The translations under genes were made by a program, and so were the position numbers. Below, one piece after another: positions 22,801 through 35,577 of a DNA stretch of 64,000 bases. This DNA is from Mytilus californianus (Eukaryota). The notes beneath the pieces are model-generated. The model was not told the origin of the DNA. It worked only from the letters and a program-made list of their open reading frames with translations, and did not search any database. Each line of letters begins with the position of its first letter. Position 1 is the first letter of the stretch. Location of the stretch: assembly GCF_021869535.1 (NCBI RefSeq), contig NW_026262745.1, positions 72,726,001 to 72,790,000 on the forward strand. Direction: 5' to 3'.

Positions 22801-25800
22801 TTATTTATATACTATCAATGTATAACAGTCTTTTAAAAAGCTTGTTAATTTCAAACAGTGGAGCGAACATCCTTAATCTATTTATGAGATTTAACCTTAG
22901 TAAACTACAGTTACTATAACTTTAATTCATAACAAGACTGGCAGAATTGGACAAATCAAAACTCATATTTATGACAAACGTGAGGATTTTAACTTTCCCA
23001 TTGTGAACTGTCCTCTGTTGATTAATAACGTGATGCTTGTCAAGCCTATGATATTGACTTATTCTGTTGATATAGAAAAATCGTCCTGATCATGAATGTA
23101 ATATTTGCCACTGAACGTCAAGTCGATGAGATAAATCGTCCTGATCATGCATGTAATATTTGCAACTGAACGTCAAGTCGATGAGATAAATTGTCCTGAT
23201 GATGCATGTAATATTTGCCACTGAACGTCAAGTCGACGAGATAAATCTTCCTGATCATGCATGTAATATTTGCAACTGAACGTCAAGTCCATGAGATAAA
23301 TTGTCTTGATCATGAATGCTATATTTGACACTGAACGTCAAGTCGATGAGATACATCGTCTCGGTCATGCATGTAATTTTAGCCACTGAACGTAAAGTCA
23401 ATGAGACAAATCTTCTTGATCATGCATGTAATATTTGCTCACTGAACGTCAAGTCGATGAGATAAATCGTCCTGATTATTCATGTAATATTGTCCACCTA
23501 CGTCAAGTCGATGAGATAAATCATCCTGATCATGCATGTAGTATTTATCACTGAACGTCATGTCGACGCGATAAATCGTTCTGATCATGCATGTTACTTT
23601 TGCCACTGAACGTCATCATGATGAGAAAATCGTCCTGACCATGCATGTACTATTTGCCGCTGAACGTCAAGTCGATTAGATAAATCGTCCTGAACATGCA
23701 TGTAATATTTTCCACCTACGTCAAGTCGATGAGATAAATCGTCCTGATCATGCATGTAATATTTGCCACTGAACGTCAAGTCGATGAGATAAATCGTCCT
23801 GATCATGCATGTAATGTTTGCCACTGAACGTAAAGCAGACAACAAACAAGCAGTCAATCAGAAGAAAATCCAAAGGCACAAAATTAATAAAAAGACAACT
23901 TTTCTATGAGGTAAACAAACGAGATTTAACAATTATAGACAGACGTCTATACAATACTGTAAGCTCTACATTGGCTACAGGTATGAGGGGAGGGTTGAGA
24001 TCTCACAAAACATGTTTAACCCTGCCGCATTCTTGCGCCTGTCCTACGTCAGGAGCCTCTGGCCTTTGTTATTGTATTTTTTTTTAAATTTTAGAGCTTT
24101 TATATGTTATTTGGGTGCGGGATTTTCTCGCTGTGTTGAAGACCCATTGGTGGCCTTGGGCTGTTTTCTGCTGTTTGGTCGGGTTGTTGTCTTTTTGACA
24201 CATTCCCCATTTCCATTCTCAATTTTATCTTAATCTTTCCCGAGTCTAGAAAAAGCCAGTTTAAAAAGGGAAACAGTCACAATGAAAGATCTGGCATTAA
24301 CATAATAATGCCGCAAAAGTTATACATGTTCATGTAAGTCATACCATTTACTACTCCAAAAATGTTAGCAACACAACTTCTGAATGAAAATAATTTAAAA
24401 GTAAAACAAAATATCGAGTTATCTTTCAAATTTGTGCTTTTTAAATCTTCAATCATTTGTGTATTCAAAAGTACTACAGTTATGTTGGTCAAATTCTGGA
24501 CATATTCCAGGGCTTGTATTTCCTATCATGATTTCCTTGATAGAGGGTTGCTGCTCACAAGGAAGCTATTAAACCAAGAGTTTCAAGTGGTGAAGCTGAA
24601 GTCATCCCTTCGTAAATTTTACTGACGCAATCACGAGTTGGTTGACCGTTATGGAGAACCTGAGATCACCACCAGTTTTTGGTGGGGTTCGTGTTGTTCA
24701 GTCTTTGGTTTTCTATGTGTTTTGTGTACTGTTGCTTGTCTGTTTGTCTTTTTTCTTTTTAAGCCATGGCGTTGTCATTTATTTTTGACTTATGAATTTG
24801 AAGGTCCCTTTGGTATGTTTGCCCCTCTTCTACACTGTTTGCAAACTTGAAGGAAGGGGGCAAAATTGAAAGTCACAATCTAACAATTTTTTGCACATAC
24901 ATGTAGTCTATTTAAAAAAATGCAAACAATGCAAACGATTGACGAGGTGCTGAAACTGATGGCATTATTGATTTCATATGAATAATTTACCTTACCAAAA
25001 CATAAAAAAGCAATTGGGAGGGACACATTATTTAACACCCCCCCTTATCTTTTGTAATACTTTTTTTATTGTATTCGGTAATCAATTCGTCATCTTTTAA
25101 AACAGAAATGCTGTTAATTTCAGATCAGTCTCAGCATTTCAACAAAGATATCAGACTTCAAAATTTGGTCCTCATTAACCGCAATGGAAGTGTTGCAAAA
25201 CCTTCTTTGAGTAGCATAATAATAACAGTTCACAAACAGGTACTGTAGTGAATGTATATACTTCAAAAGTACAGTGGTGATCACTTCTAACTTCTCATTA
25301 GAACTGTCAGAATAATCTGTCATAGAACTGTTCCAAACTGTCCTAGAACAGTTCTACCTAGAACAGTTCTACCCTAGAACTGTTCTAAGTAGAACTGTCA
25401 GAATCAGTTCTAGGTAGAACTGACCAAATCAGTTCTAGTCGAAGAACTGTCAGCAGAACTGACCAAATCAGTTCTAACCGTAGAACTGTCAGCAGAACTG
25501 ACTAAATCAGTTCTAACCGTAGAGTTGTCAACAGAACTGTCTAAAACTGTTCTAGCCGTAGAACTGACCGTACCTGTCAGGATTGTAGAACAATTCTAAA
25601 TGACGTCACTGCAATTTTTTAATATATATTATATTCTTTTGACTTATTTATATTTAAGACATAGAGTTCTTAAAACTGTTCTATGGATAGAACTGACTAA
25701 ATCAATTCTAGCCGTAGAACTGACCAAATCAGTTCTAATCGTAGAACTTTTCTAGTCGTAGAACTGTTCTATCCGTAGAACTGTTCTAGTCGTAGAACTG

Positions 25801-28554
25801 ACCAAAGATTTGGTCAGTTCTAGGTAGAACTGTCTAAAACTGCTCTAGGGTAGAACTGTCAGGATCTGTTCTAGGTAGAACTGTCTAAATCAGTTCAAGG
25901 TAGAACTGACCAAATCAGTTCTAGGTTAGAACTGTTCTAGCTAGAACTCGGGATGACAGTTCTACATACTGTCCTAGAACAGTTCTCCTGACAGATTCTG
26001 ACAGATTTAATGAGAGGGTTAGAAGTGATCTCCACTGTATATGGATCAGACATGGGGCGAATTACATTGCAATGTAATGCATTATATTACAATTACTTTG
26101 ACAAAACCATGCATTAAATTACAATTACAATTACATGCATTTATCAAAGTAATGCATTAAATTACAATTCATGACTTTTGCAAAGTAATGCATTGAATTA
26201 CACATTAAATTTGTAAATTTTATTATCAAGTGAAAAGAAAAATCAAACATTTTGAAAAGCAACATGAAGCCACAAAAGATTCTGCAGTAACTGTTCCATG
26301 TTTTGAATTTAAGTATACATTTAAAAGTCTATTCAATACGACTTTTACATTTTAACATCATAAGGGTTTCGAAGGTTTTATCCTTCATGCACATTCTATG
26401 TTTCAAGGTATATATACATCTCTGTGTTTTCTCTAAAAAGAAATTACAGAGATGAAGTTGAATACTTATTTTAACAAAATGTTAATGTTAACTTTACTTT
26501 TATATTTTTATAAATATGCATTTGTTTTTTTTTTAATTTCAATCAAAATATTTACTGAGAATTTCTTTCCTAATTATATAATAAACATAGAGCTTAATGC
26601 ATTAATGTATGAGTAAGTGTCAAAATGGTGAAAAAATTGATTGAAAAACAAACTAATTAGTGTTTTATGACAATGTTCAATTATCTTTTATTTAATAATG
26701 ACAAGGTATTCATTAATCTTTTGACAACAATGGGATACAGTAATATTTTTCAAATATCTTTTTATGCAGGAAACTGTATGAAATAAAATGAAATAAAATG
26801 AAATAAAAAAAAAAGAACTGAATCTGATATACAGTGTTGTGTTATTCATTTAGAATTGTAATTTGGTCATTCTAGTATTTAAACCAATTCTTTTCAAGTT
26901 CTACCTGGGGCAAGGCTTAATCTCCAAATTCCCTCTAGTGATTTATGTAAAGGATGAAAAATAAATAGAAATAGAAAATCAATATGAATATTCAAATGAT
27001 AAGTTCCTATTTAATAAAGAAATCTTAAATTCTGCTTTAGTTAATTCTGCAACAATCTGTTAAAGATATATAGTATGTGAAAAAAGTAATGCCATGTAAT
27101 GCAATGTAATTCATGAAATTACACAACTTTTTGCTAAAGTAATGCATTAAATTACAATTACATGTAATGCTTAAATTGCTGCATTACACATTACATGCAA
27201 TTACTTGGAAAAATGTAATGCATTGCATTACAATTACAAATTTGCATTACCCCATGCCTGATATGGATTGAATCAACAGTGTCTACCTGTCTCAACATAC
27301 TCTGGCATTGATTTAACATGTGTCAGATATTTGCCACTGTATATTTTTACTGTTTTTCATGTTCTGCACGCGCCACTTGCTCTTGTCTCAATTCAATTTT
27401 GGTTCGTGCAACCAGCTGTCTTTTCTCTCATATATGCTTGTTTATATTTGAACTTAATAGTTCCTTGAACTGACCGTGGTATTCAAATTTTATATTTTCA
27501 AAAAGGGGTCCTAATTTGTTTTTAATTGTTTATGGGTGCAGGTTTCATTGTCGAAATATCATGTGTATACAGTAAAATTAAATATGAAAAAGACTCAAAT
27601 TTTTTGGAGGAAACATGGAAAAAAAAACATATGACGGGTAATGCTACAAATATAATAAAACTTACGTTTGTCTCCCAATACCTTCGTTTGAACATCAACA
27701 TCTTCTTCTGTCAATATTGACATTCTATCACTATTCACTTTTACTACGGCTTTCTTTCTATTTTTCAAATTGATAATTACTGTACAGGTACTACTCTCCA
27801 TGTTGATTGTTCTTGTTTCATTAAGTGTATTTATTGTCTGTGCCTCCTGTTCCGCGTGAGATATCTTCATTCTGTCCTTCCTTGACTTCTTTTTTACATA
27901 CCCCATGCAAATTATACATAACACAACAATTAAGAAGATGAATGCTAGTCCACCAAAGATGGACCCCACAGCAATAGCACGCCTACAATGATAAAAAAAA
28001 CCATGTTAAAGGAATACAATTATCGAATTTAAGAGTAAACAGTTGAATTAGAATTGATCCAGACTCTAAGGGGGACTGTTCGCTAATCACATTTTCAAAT
28101 TTTCCATCACATTTAAATTTGTAACTTCTCGGAGTTGTTCCTTAGAAACGATTACAAATTTCCCAAATGGCACCTTTAATCAAAATGGTTTTTGAAAAAA
28201 GCTGGCTTCTCAAATACACTTCTATTAAATCAATTCAAAATTTATCATTTTTACTACATTTGTCCTACACTTTGTTTGTATAGAAGTTTACATTCTTTTC
28301 AGCCCAAACTATCGTAGATGTACGAAAAAAAAATCCAAAAATATTCATTTTTTAGTTAAAATTTTAGCTTTTCAATTTTTGATGCGGTTGGTCAGTCTCT
28401 ATTGTTCAATGAATCATTTTGCGGACTTGTTTAATTTGTCTGTTTGTCGTTTCTTCTTTTTTTTTTGTCATGTCGTTGTCATTTTTACTTCAACTTGTTA
28501 GTTTTGAATGTCCACTTGGTCTCTTCCAATTTTTCTCTAATTTTTAATGTTAAC

Positions 28555-28587
<33 letters not shown>

Positions 28588-31500
28588 TCGCACGGATCTG
28601 CATATCATATACATTATACACATCTACATATAATGTATGTGAAGTTAGAAGCCGGTTCGTTATTCGATATTCGATATTCAATATCCAACCGGCTGCTAAC
28701 AGTCGGTTCGGTATTCAAATTTAGTTGAAAATCATAAAAAAAAAAAAAAATACTTGATAACATTAATAGTATGATTTTCATAGTTAAGAGGACTAATAAA
28801 TTACGTAGGAAATCGTTTAGCGACTCCTTCAAGCTGTCGTAAATTCTCGAATAAACCCTTTTGTAAGTTGCATATTTGTCTTTATGTACAATAGATTTTT
28901 ATCAATAAAACGACTTCAAAGATGTAATTTTATATATGGTATTTCTAAAAACAAAATGAAAAACCGATAACTCTAGAAAAATTTAGAAATATAAATAGAA
29001 ATATTTATGGAAAGCCAAAAAAAGAAATACGGATATCTACAGAGGGCTTAGATTGTCACTTTTCAGCTAAAAATTGTTAAAATTTCAGGACAAAGGGCAC
29101 AGGGCAATAGTGAGAGCTCCCTGATCCCTCAATCTTTCTAATATTATGCAGACATTTAGTTAATAGGTTGATACAAACGTGACTAAAAGGAATTTGGGTA
29201 AACTCCCTGTCTTCCATATTTACGGAGGGCCCAAAGTGCCAGTTTGATATTCAAATTATATAGTGAAAACCTACCTGAGACCGATTAAATGAGGGTGAGA
29301 CCCCCCTGGTCTAAGACTTTCAATGTCCATAAAATTCAACTAAATCAAAGACTCTGTATATATATAAAGGTTTTATCAGAAGCATTTCCCAGAATGATGT
29401 CATCTTCGATATCTACGGAGGGCTTAGATTGTCACTTTTCAGATTGAGAGATCAGGGAGCTTTCACCATTGCCCTGTGCCCTTTGTCCTGAAATTTTGAC
29501 AATTTTTAGCTGAAAAGTGACAATCTAAGCCCTCCGTAGATATCGAGGACGACATTATTCTGGGAAATCCTTTTGATACAACCTTTATATATACAGAGTC
29601 TATGATTTCCTCGATTTATATGAACATTGAAAGACCAGGGGGTCTCATCGTCATTTCAGCGGTCTCCGGTAGGTTTTCGCTATATATTTTGAATATCAAA
29701 CTGGCACTTTGGGCCCTCCGTAAACATAGACGACAAGAAGTCTACCCACATTCATTTTAGTCACGTTTTTATCTACCTATTAAATAACTGTCTGCTTGAT
29801 ATTAGGCAGATTGAGAGATCAGGGAGCTCTCACCATTGCCCTGTGCCCTTTGTCCTGAAATTTTGACAATTTTTAGCTGAAAAGTGACAATCTAAGCCCT
29901 CCGTAGATATTGAGGATGATATTATTATGGGAAATCCTTTTGATACAATCTTTATATATACAGATTCTATGATTTCCTCGATTTATATGAACATTGAAAG
30001 ACCAGGGGAGGGGTCTCATCGTCATTTCAGCGGTCTCCGGTAGGTTTTCGCTATACATTTCTTTTTTTGGGGGGCTTTCCTTAAATATTTCTATTTATAT
30101 TTTTAAATGTTTCTAGAGTGATCGGTTTTTGTTTTTGTTTTTGTTTTATATATTTTATATAAAATTACATCTTTGATGTCGTTTTATTCATAGAAATCTA
30201 TATTACATAAAAAAATATGCAACTTACATAAGGGTACATATTCGAGGACAACAAGAATTTACGACAGCTTAAGGGGACATTAAACGATTTCCTACGTATC
30301 TCTTCACTCCTCTTAACTCTAAAAATCATGCTTTGAATGTTTTCAAATATTTGAATTTTCTATGATTTTCAACTTAATTTGAATATCGAACCGACTGCTA
30401 GCAGCCGGTTGGATGTTGAATATCGAATATCGAATAACGAACCGGCTGCTAACTTCACATACATATACATATATCTGTTTTCATAAAATTGATATATTAT
30501 AAATTCTACATTGAAAAGACTCCATTTAAAAAAAAACCTGTTGGTTTAGATCTCAGCAACAGCCATCATTAGATAAAAGTATATGGACTACATGTGTTTT
30601 CCTAAATTGACATACATTACCATGTAACAAAAAGAAGGATACACGGCATGAATTTGAAAAGAATTATTTGATTTGCATAACAAGCAATGCTGTGAAAATA
30701 TCTGAAGACCCGGATGTATAATACTGACACTCACTTTACATTCCTGATGTCAAATAATGGTATTTTATCCAATCGAAATACAATTTTCAAACAGATAAAC
30801 ATTACCACGTGTTTATTAAACACAGAAGAGTCAGAAAGTTGTAAAACATGGCTTCAAAGCGGAATCATATTAAATCCAACGTTCAAGTGTGCTCTGCCAG
30901 GAGGAAGGACACTTATAAAGCATCATAAAGAGAGTCTGGATGAGGTTTACAGGATAGAGAATGATGGGCCACAATAAAAATGGGGAGAATTGACATTGCT
31001 GTTGGTTGTTGGTTTATTTTGTATATTCGAGTTTTTAAGCTATATATTGCTTACTATGAACTTATGAACTCTTTTTCCCCGAATGTGACCTACCGATTTT
31101 TTCATCTGTTTTTTTGCCATGGTGTTTTCATTTTATATTCGACTGTTAAGATATTGCTATTATATGACATATGAAACTATCTATATACGTGTACATTTAC
31201 TTGTCTGGACAGCAACTGTTTCCACAACAGCCATATTCGCAAAACCGTGTGCAATATTCAGCAGTAGTCACTTCTGAAATGAAAACTATGATTGATTTAT
31301 TGACTATAGAACAGAGAATAGAAACGGGGAATGTGTCAAAGAGACAACAACCCGACCAAACAGCAGAACACAGACATCAATGGGTATGCAACACAGCGAG
31401 AGCCCATAAGGATCCTGTATTGTATTGTAAGTGCACCATTTGGCTAAATTAAGCGACATTCACCCTTTTTACTCTGGTGCAGAACTGTCCAAAAATGAAA

Positions 31501-34500
31501 TGGGCATTGAACGTTTCGAAGTAATCCTCCCCCCTTTTTATGTGTAAACACAGGCACCCGACGTCCGGACCCCTTCCCCCTTTTTATGTGTAAACACAGG
31601 CACCCTTGACACTCTTTTTTCAACACTTGCCCAATTGTACCGCGATTTCTCGGGCATCTTTTAGTACTAGTTAATCGAAATCTCAATCCTCCCTTATACC
31701 CCAAACTAACGTGTAATAAACATTAACACAGCAATACGCACAGTAAAGCCCAGTTTAAAAGAAGTCAGAGTTTGAAGTTAGAATAAGTAGCAGACGATCG
31801 CGACACTAAGTAAAACAACAATGATCATATAGACAACATAAATTAACAAAGACCTACTAGCAGTTTCTGTCTGACATGCCAGCTCAAGACCTCAAATAAA
31901 ATGATAATATTTGGATTTTTAACACCCAACCGTAAACATTTCTTGCACATTCAAAACAATATCATATTCATGGCAAATATTATATACTACTTTGCTCTAA
32001 CACATTGACGCCACGTGCTTGGGCGGGAACTAACAAAATTTTTGGTTTAAGCCCACATGTACAATGCATGAATGAGACTTATAGGCGCGGAGTCCGCAAA
32101 TTTGTCCCATTAAGGTGATAAATGTATGTATTGAAATGGTCTGAAGTTTTCTGAGCAAGCGTGGTGGTATGGGTAAAAGTAAAATCACAAAAATACTGAA
32201 CTCCGAGGAAAATTCAAAAAGGAAATTCCCTAATCAAATGGCAAAATCAAAAGCTGAAACACATCGAACGAATGGATAACAACTGTCATATTCCTGACTT
32301 GGTACAGGCATTTTCTTATGTAGAAATTGATGGATTGAATCTGGTTTTATAGCTAGCTAAACCTCTCACTTGTATGACAGTCGCATCAAATTGCATTATA
32401 TTGACAACGATGCGTGGACAAAACAAACAGACACAATAGCTAAAAATGTCAAAAATAGGGGTACAGCTATATAACCTCAGTTTGCAGGTGATCATCCTGA
32501 ATTGAATATCTATGTAATATTTGCCGCTGAATGATATGCATTATTCAGTTAATCAACATTTAATGCACAGACAAGGTAATCAAATAGATGAAATTAATAG
32601 AATTGAATGGTTTGTACATGGAAACAATGTCATGGATGAGGAGAAAATCCGGGAATGTAGGTACCGTGACTTCGTTAAAAGGTCTAGACTATATTTTCTA
32701 CAGGTTAACAATAAGGTAGGTGTAAGATTTATCCGAATGATTTGACCAGTTCATTCATTATTTCCTACCAAGTTTCTCTGACAGATATCTTGATTTGTCA
32801 TGTTATAGTCAAACTGTTGATATTGATTTCTTTTTCTTTTATATACATGTATATTATCATGATTATGTATACAGTTAGAACTCGCTAAGATATTTGTTTT
32901 TGTCCCGGCTGATAAGGCTGCCAATAATATCATTATTGTTTGACGTAAATTTTACATTGAGGTTCTGCAAAAGGAAATCACGAATTCACCAACATTCCAA
33001 CTGACTCCATTTTCGGAAAAAGACATCTGTTACAAACATAAACTTTTAACTACCTCTTTAAAAGCAGAACAAAATACAATGAATGTCCCAACTATGCACT
33101 GGCTTCCGAAGCTGCACAAAACACATTACAAGTATATAGATTTATTTCGTCTTCAGGCCATTGTTCCACTACTAAACTGTCTATTCTACTTACTAGTACA
33201 CTTGGTACAATCAAAAACCTGGTAATAAATTGTTCAAATAAGGCCTTTGAAAATAGTGGAATTGATTACTTTTGGAGTGTCAAAAATTCGTTGGAAGTAC
33301 TTGACAAATTGCATGTTTTATTAGTGATTTCGAATTTGTTCAAAGTTTTTATTTTTCTACCCTATATACCACTTTGCCTCATAATCTTATTAAGAAAAAA
33401 ATCACACATCTAATTAAATGGGCATTTCAAAAGTCAGAATGCGAATACATATGTTCAAACTCTTTTAGGTCATTTTTTAGTATAACAACAAACAAAAGAA
33501 CTATGTCAATTGGACCTGCTTTGATACGATAACTGCACTTGAATTTTTACTAGATAACATTTTTGTTCGCTATGGAGATTAAGTATATCGTCAACTTATC
33601 GGGATTCCAATGGGGACTAACTGTGCACTACTTTTGTTATGAGTTACAATTTATGACTAAAATCAGCAAAGACCCATCGAAACAACATCTGAAACAAAAA
33701 TTAAATAACACTTTTAGATATTTGGATGATATATTGGCTCTCAATAATGACGACGTCAGTATGTACACTAAAGAGATTTATCCTATAAAGCTAATACTAA
33801 TTAAGAACACTGCCCTTTCCTGGATCTTGATATCTATATCTTTAACGGGAACCTTTATACCAAAATTTACGATAAAAGAGATGATTTTTCATGTCCTATT
33901 GTTAATTTTTATTCATTTTAAGATGGTGACGTTCCCTTGACACCATCTTGTGGTGTTTATATATCTCAACTTGTTCGATTCGCTCATGTATGTAACAATG
34001 TATTTGATTTTATCGAAAGAAATCTCTGTATTACTGAAAAATTATTACACCAGGGTTTTCGATATCACAAACTAGTCAAAATATTTACTAAATTTTATCA
34101 TCGGTACAAGGACGTCATTCGTAAATATAAATCAACACGCAGACATCTTATACGTTCAGGTATCTCACTTCCAATCTTTAATGGTAATATTCTATACAAA
34201 GCACAAACATGTCGTCATTCACCTCAAAAGCTAACCAAACCTTTAAACAGACTTGTTCGGAAGGGATACAGTAACGATACTGTTGTCAGGTCATTGAAGA
34301 TGGCATATTTTGGAATTAATATTGATTCGCTCATAGTGTCTATGGGAGGAATTGTTCTTGATTTTCATATGATGAAGACATAATCTTTCAATCATTTTAA
34401 TTGAGGTCTGGAACTGGCATGTCAGTAACTGCTAGTAGTCCTTTGTTAATTTATGTATCATTGTCATTTTGCTTATTTTCTTCTGTTACCTATTCTGACA

Positions 34501-35577
34501 TCGGACTCGGACTTCTTTTTAACTGAAATTTACTGAGCGTATTACTGTGTGTTTGTTTATTCTACATTGGCTAGAGGTATAGGGGGAGGGTTGAGATCTC
34601 ACAAAACATGTTTAACCCCGCCGCATTTTTGTGCCTGTCCCATGCCAGGAGCCTCATGCCATTGTTAGTCGTGTATGTTTTTTTAGTTCATTCATATGTT
34701 TCGGATTTTAGTGCCACGTCCATTTTCACTGAACAAGTACACATTTTTGTTTAGGGGCCAGCTGAAACCCGCCTCTCGGTGCGGGATTTTATCGCTGTGT
34801 TGAAGACCCATTGGTAGCCTTGGGCTGTTTTATGCTCTTTGTTTGAGTTGTTGTCTCTTTGACGCATTCCGCATTTCCATTTTCAATTTTAATTAAAAAG
34901 ATAAAAAAAATGGTATGATTGCAAATAATACAGCGTTCAACCAAAGATCAAAGTACAAAGATGCAGCTACAAGTCATCGTATTGTCTTCAACAATGAGTA
35001 AAACTCATACCGTGTGGCAAGTTATTAAAGGCACATGGAATACAAAGTGCGAAACATGCTAGCAGCTTGATGTTTATTATAATTTGTCGTTATTACCCCG
35101 AATTATATACTATGTATGTTTTAAATGCTATCTGCCTCATTACAAAATTCATCTTAAGCAAGTGCTAGGAACTGTTTTGCATTTACAATGGTGTGCGACT
35201 ACTTGCCATAGTTTGAAAAGCCTCACTATGGACTTTGAGATGAAAAACAGCAATAAAAATATTGCTCTCTTGCTTCAATGTTCTATCGTAGTAATTCAGA
35301 TATTGATTCGTAAATTAGAACCATATTTCTTCTTTTCTGATAATTTATTATAAATCATTTTCCCGATTATGGCATGTCATTTCATGCACATGTAACTCCA
35401 CACAATAATACAATGACATAATATCTGTATAATGACTATAGTATGTGTTAATTATGAAATTATTTGACAAGGTTACTTAATTAAAAGATTATGTCAGACC
35501 ATAGGTGTATACTAACCTCTAGAAATTCCAAGAATTACGGCTAGTTTAAGATAATTTAGTCCATTACGTGTACTCAT
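19812..35577 (-). CDS. Shisa-like/STMC6 (CYYR1/VOPP1/WBP1-like) single-pass membrane protein, paralog A; 5 exons, 172 aa
   Basis: Exons 35577-35517, 31273-31201, 27982-27666, 20550-20530 and 19858-19812 with consistent phases. Signal-like N-terminus, YC..FCEYGCCGNSCC, TM AIAVGSIFGGLAFIFLIVVLCIICMGYV, then KKKSRK. Confidence 0.8.
20530..20550 (-). CDS. Paralog A 21-nt microexon (LTPQPL)
   Basis: ttttccag acceptor and C/gtaagt donor flanking 21 nt, phase 1-1. Confidence 0.7.
20961..21002 (-). ncRNA. Minimal type I hammerhead-like motif (A9 changed to G); second truncated copy at 21293-21322
   Basis: GCGUUC CUGAUGG A GG-UAAAC-CC A GAAA G-GUGC-C UC GGACGC. Confidence 0.55.
21710..22000 (-). repeat. 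Same dispersed family, diverged inverted copy
   Basis: gtggtatgattgtcagtgagacaact...gtacggccttcaac. Confidence 0.7.
22482..22876 (+). mobile_element. Kolobok-like MITE, copy 4
   Basis: ctaa-ggatgttcgct ... agcgaacatcc-ttaa. Confidence 0.85.
23081..23832. repeat. 55-bp tandem repeat, about 13-14 units
   Basis: Unit GCCACTGAACGTCAAGTCGATGAGATAAATCGTCCTGATCATGCATGTAATATTT repeated head-to-tail. Confidence 0.95.
23975..24230 (+). repeat. Related subfamily (gagggttgagatctcacaaaacatgtttaacc), partial
   Basis: Matches 34560-34890 and the inverted copy at 37195-37620. Confidence 0.75.
24500..24840 (+). mobile_element. Penelope-like element 3' fragment (RT C-terminus + tail)
   Basis: SRACISYHDFLDRGLLLTRKLLNQEFQVVKLKSSLRKFY*RNHELVDRYG, homologous to the C-terminal part of the 33-34 kb RT. 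Confidence 0.75.
25272..26037. mobile_element. Tc1/mariner-like non-autonomous element with internal AGAACTG/CAGTTCT minisatellite
   Basis: TA TSD at 25270-71 and 26038-39, about 30-bp TIR CAGTGG(T/A)GATCACTTCTAAC. Confidence 0.85.
26047..27260. mobile_element. hAT-like non-autonomous element
   Basis: Perfect 8-bp TSD ATATGGAT (26039-46, 27261-68), TIR CAGRCATGGGG, subterminal AATTACA/GTAATGCA repeats. Confidence 0.9.
27666..27982 (-). CDS. Paralog A exon 3 (TM helix + cytoplasmic tail)
   Basis: Within ORF 27595-27969. cattgtag acceptor, AAAC/gtaagt donor. Confidence 0.88.
28633..30464. mobile_element. Foldback/MULE-like element, nearly all inverted repeat (1832 bp)
   Basis: Termini atgtatgtgaagttag / ctaacttcacatacat, modular inverted arms, 9-bp TSD ctacatata/atacatata (1 mismatch). 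Confidence 0.8.
31201..31273 (-). CDS. Paralog A exon 2 (VTTAEYCTRFCEYGCCGNSCCPD)
   Basis: ttttcatttcag acceptor, AA/gtaaat donor, six-Cys pattern. Confidence 0.88.
32995..34330 (+). mobile_element. Penelope-like retroelement RT fragment, 5'-truncated and frameshifted
   Basis: Mixed-frame translation gives MHWLPKLHK, RFISSSGHCST, STLYTTLPHNLI, GIPMGTNC, FRYLDDILALN, FLDLDI, IYDKRDDF, GVYISQLVRFA. Confidence 0.88.
34390..34890 (+). repeat. Related subfamily copy directly downstream of the PLE RT fragment
   Basis: gaactggcatgtcagtaactgc...gagggttgagatctc...gttgtctctttgac. Confidence 0.8.
35517..35577 (-). CDS. Paralog A exon 1 (MSTRNGLNYLKLAVILGISR)
   Basis: ATG...AGA G/gttagt, phase 1 matching exon 2. 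Confidence 0.6.

Noticed and set aside
23081-23832. ORF 23594-23857 or CRISPR in the 55-bp array
   Set aside because: The period is not a multiple of 3, there are no spacers, and the ORF is a by-product of the repeat.
28560-28587. Poly-A run as a processed retrogene tail
   Set aside because: Upstream sequence is a degenerate repeat tail with no intronless CDS.
30714-30977. 87-aa ORF (...LNPTFKCALPGGRTLIKHH...)
   Set aside because: No recognisable motif or convincing splice context. Possibly a transposon remnant, but unsupported.
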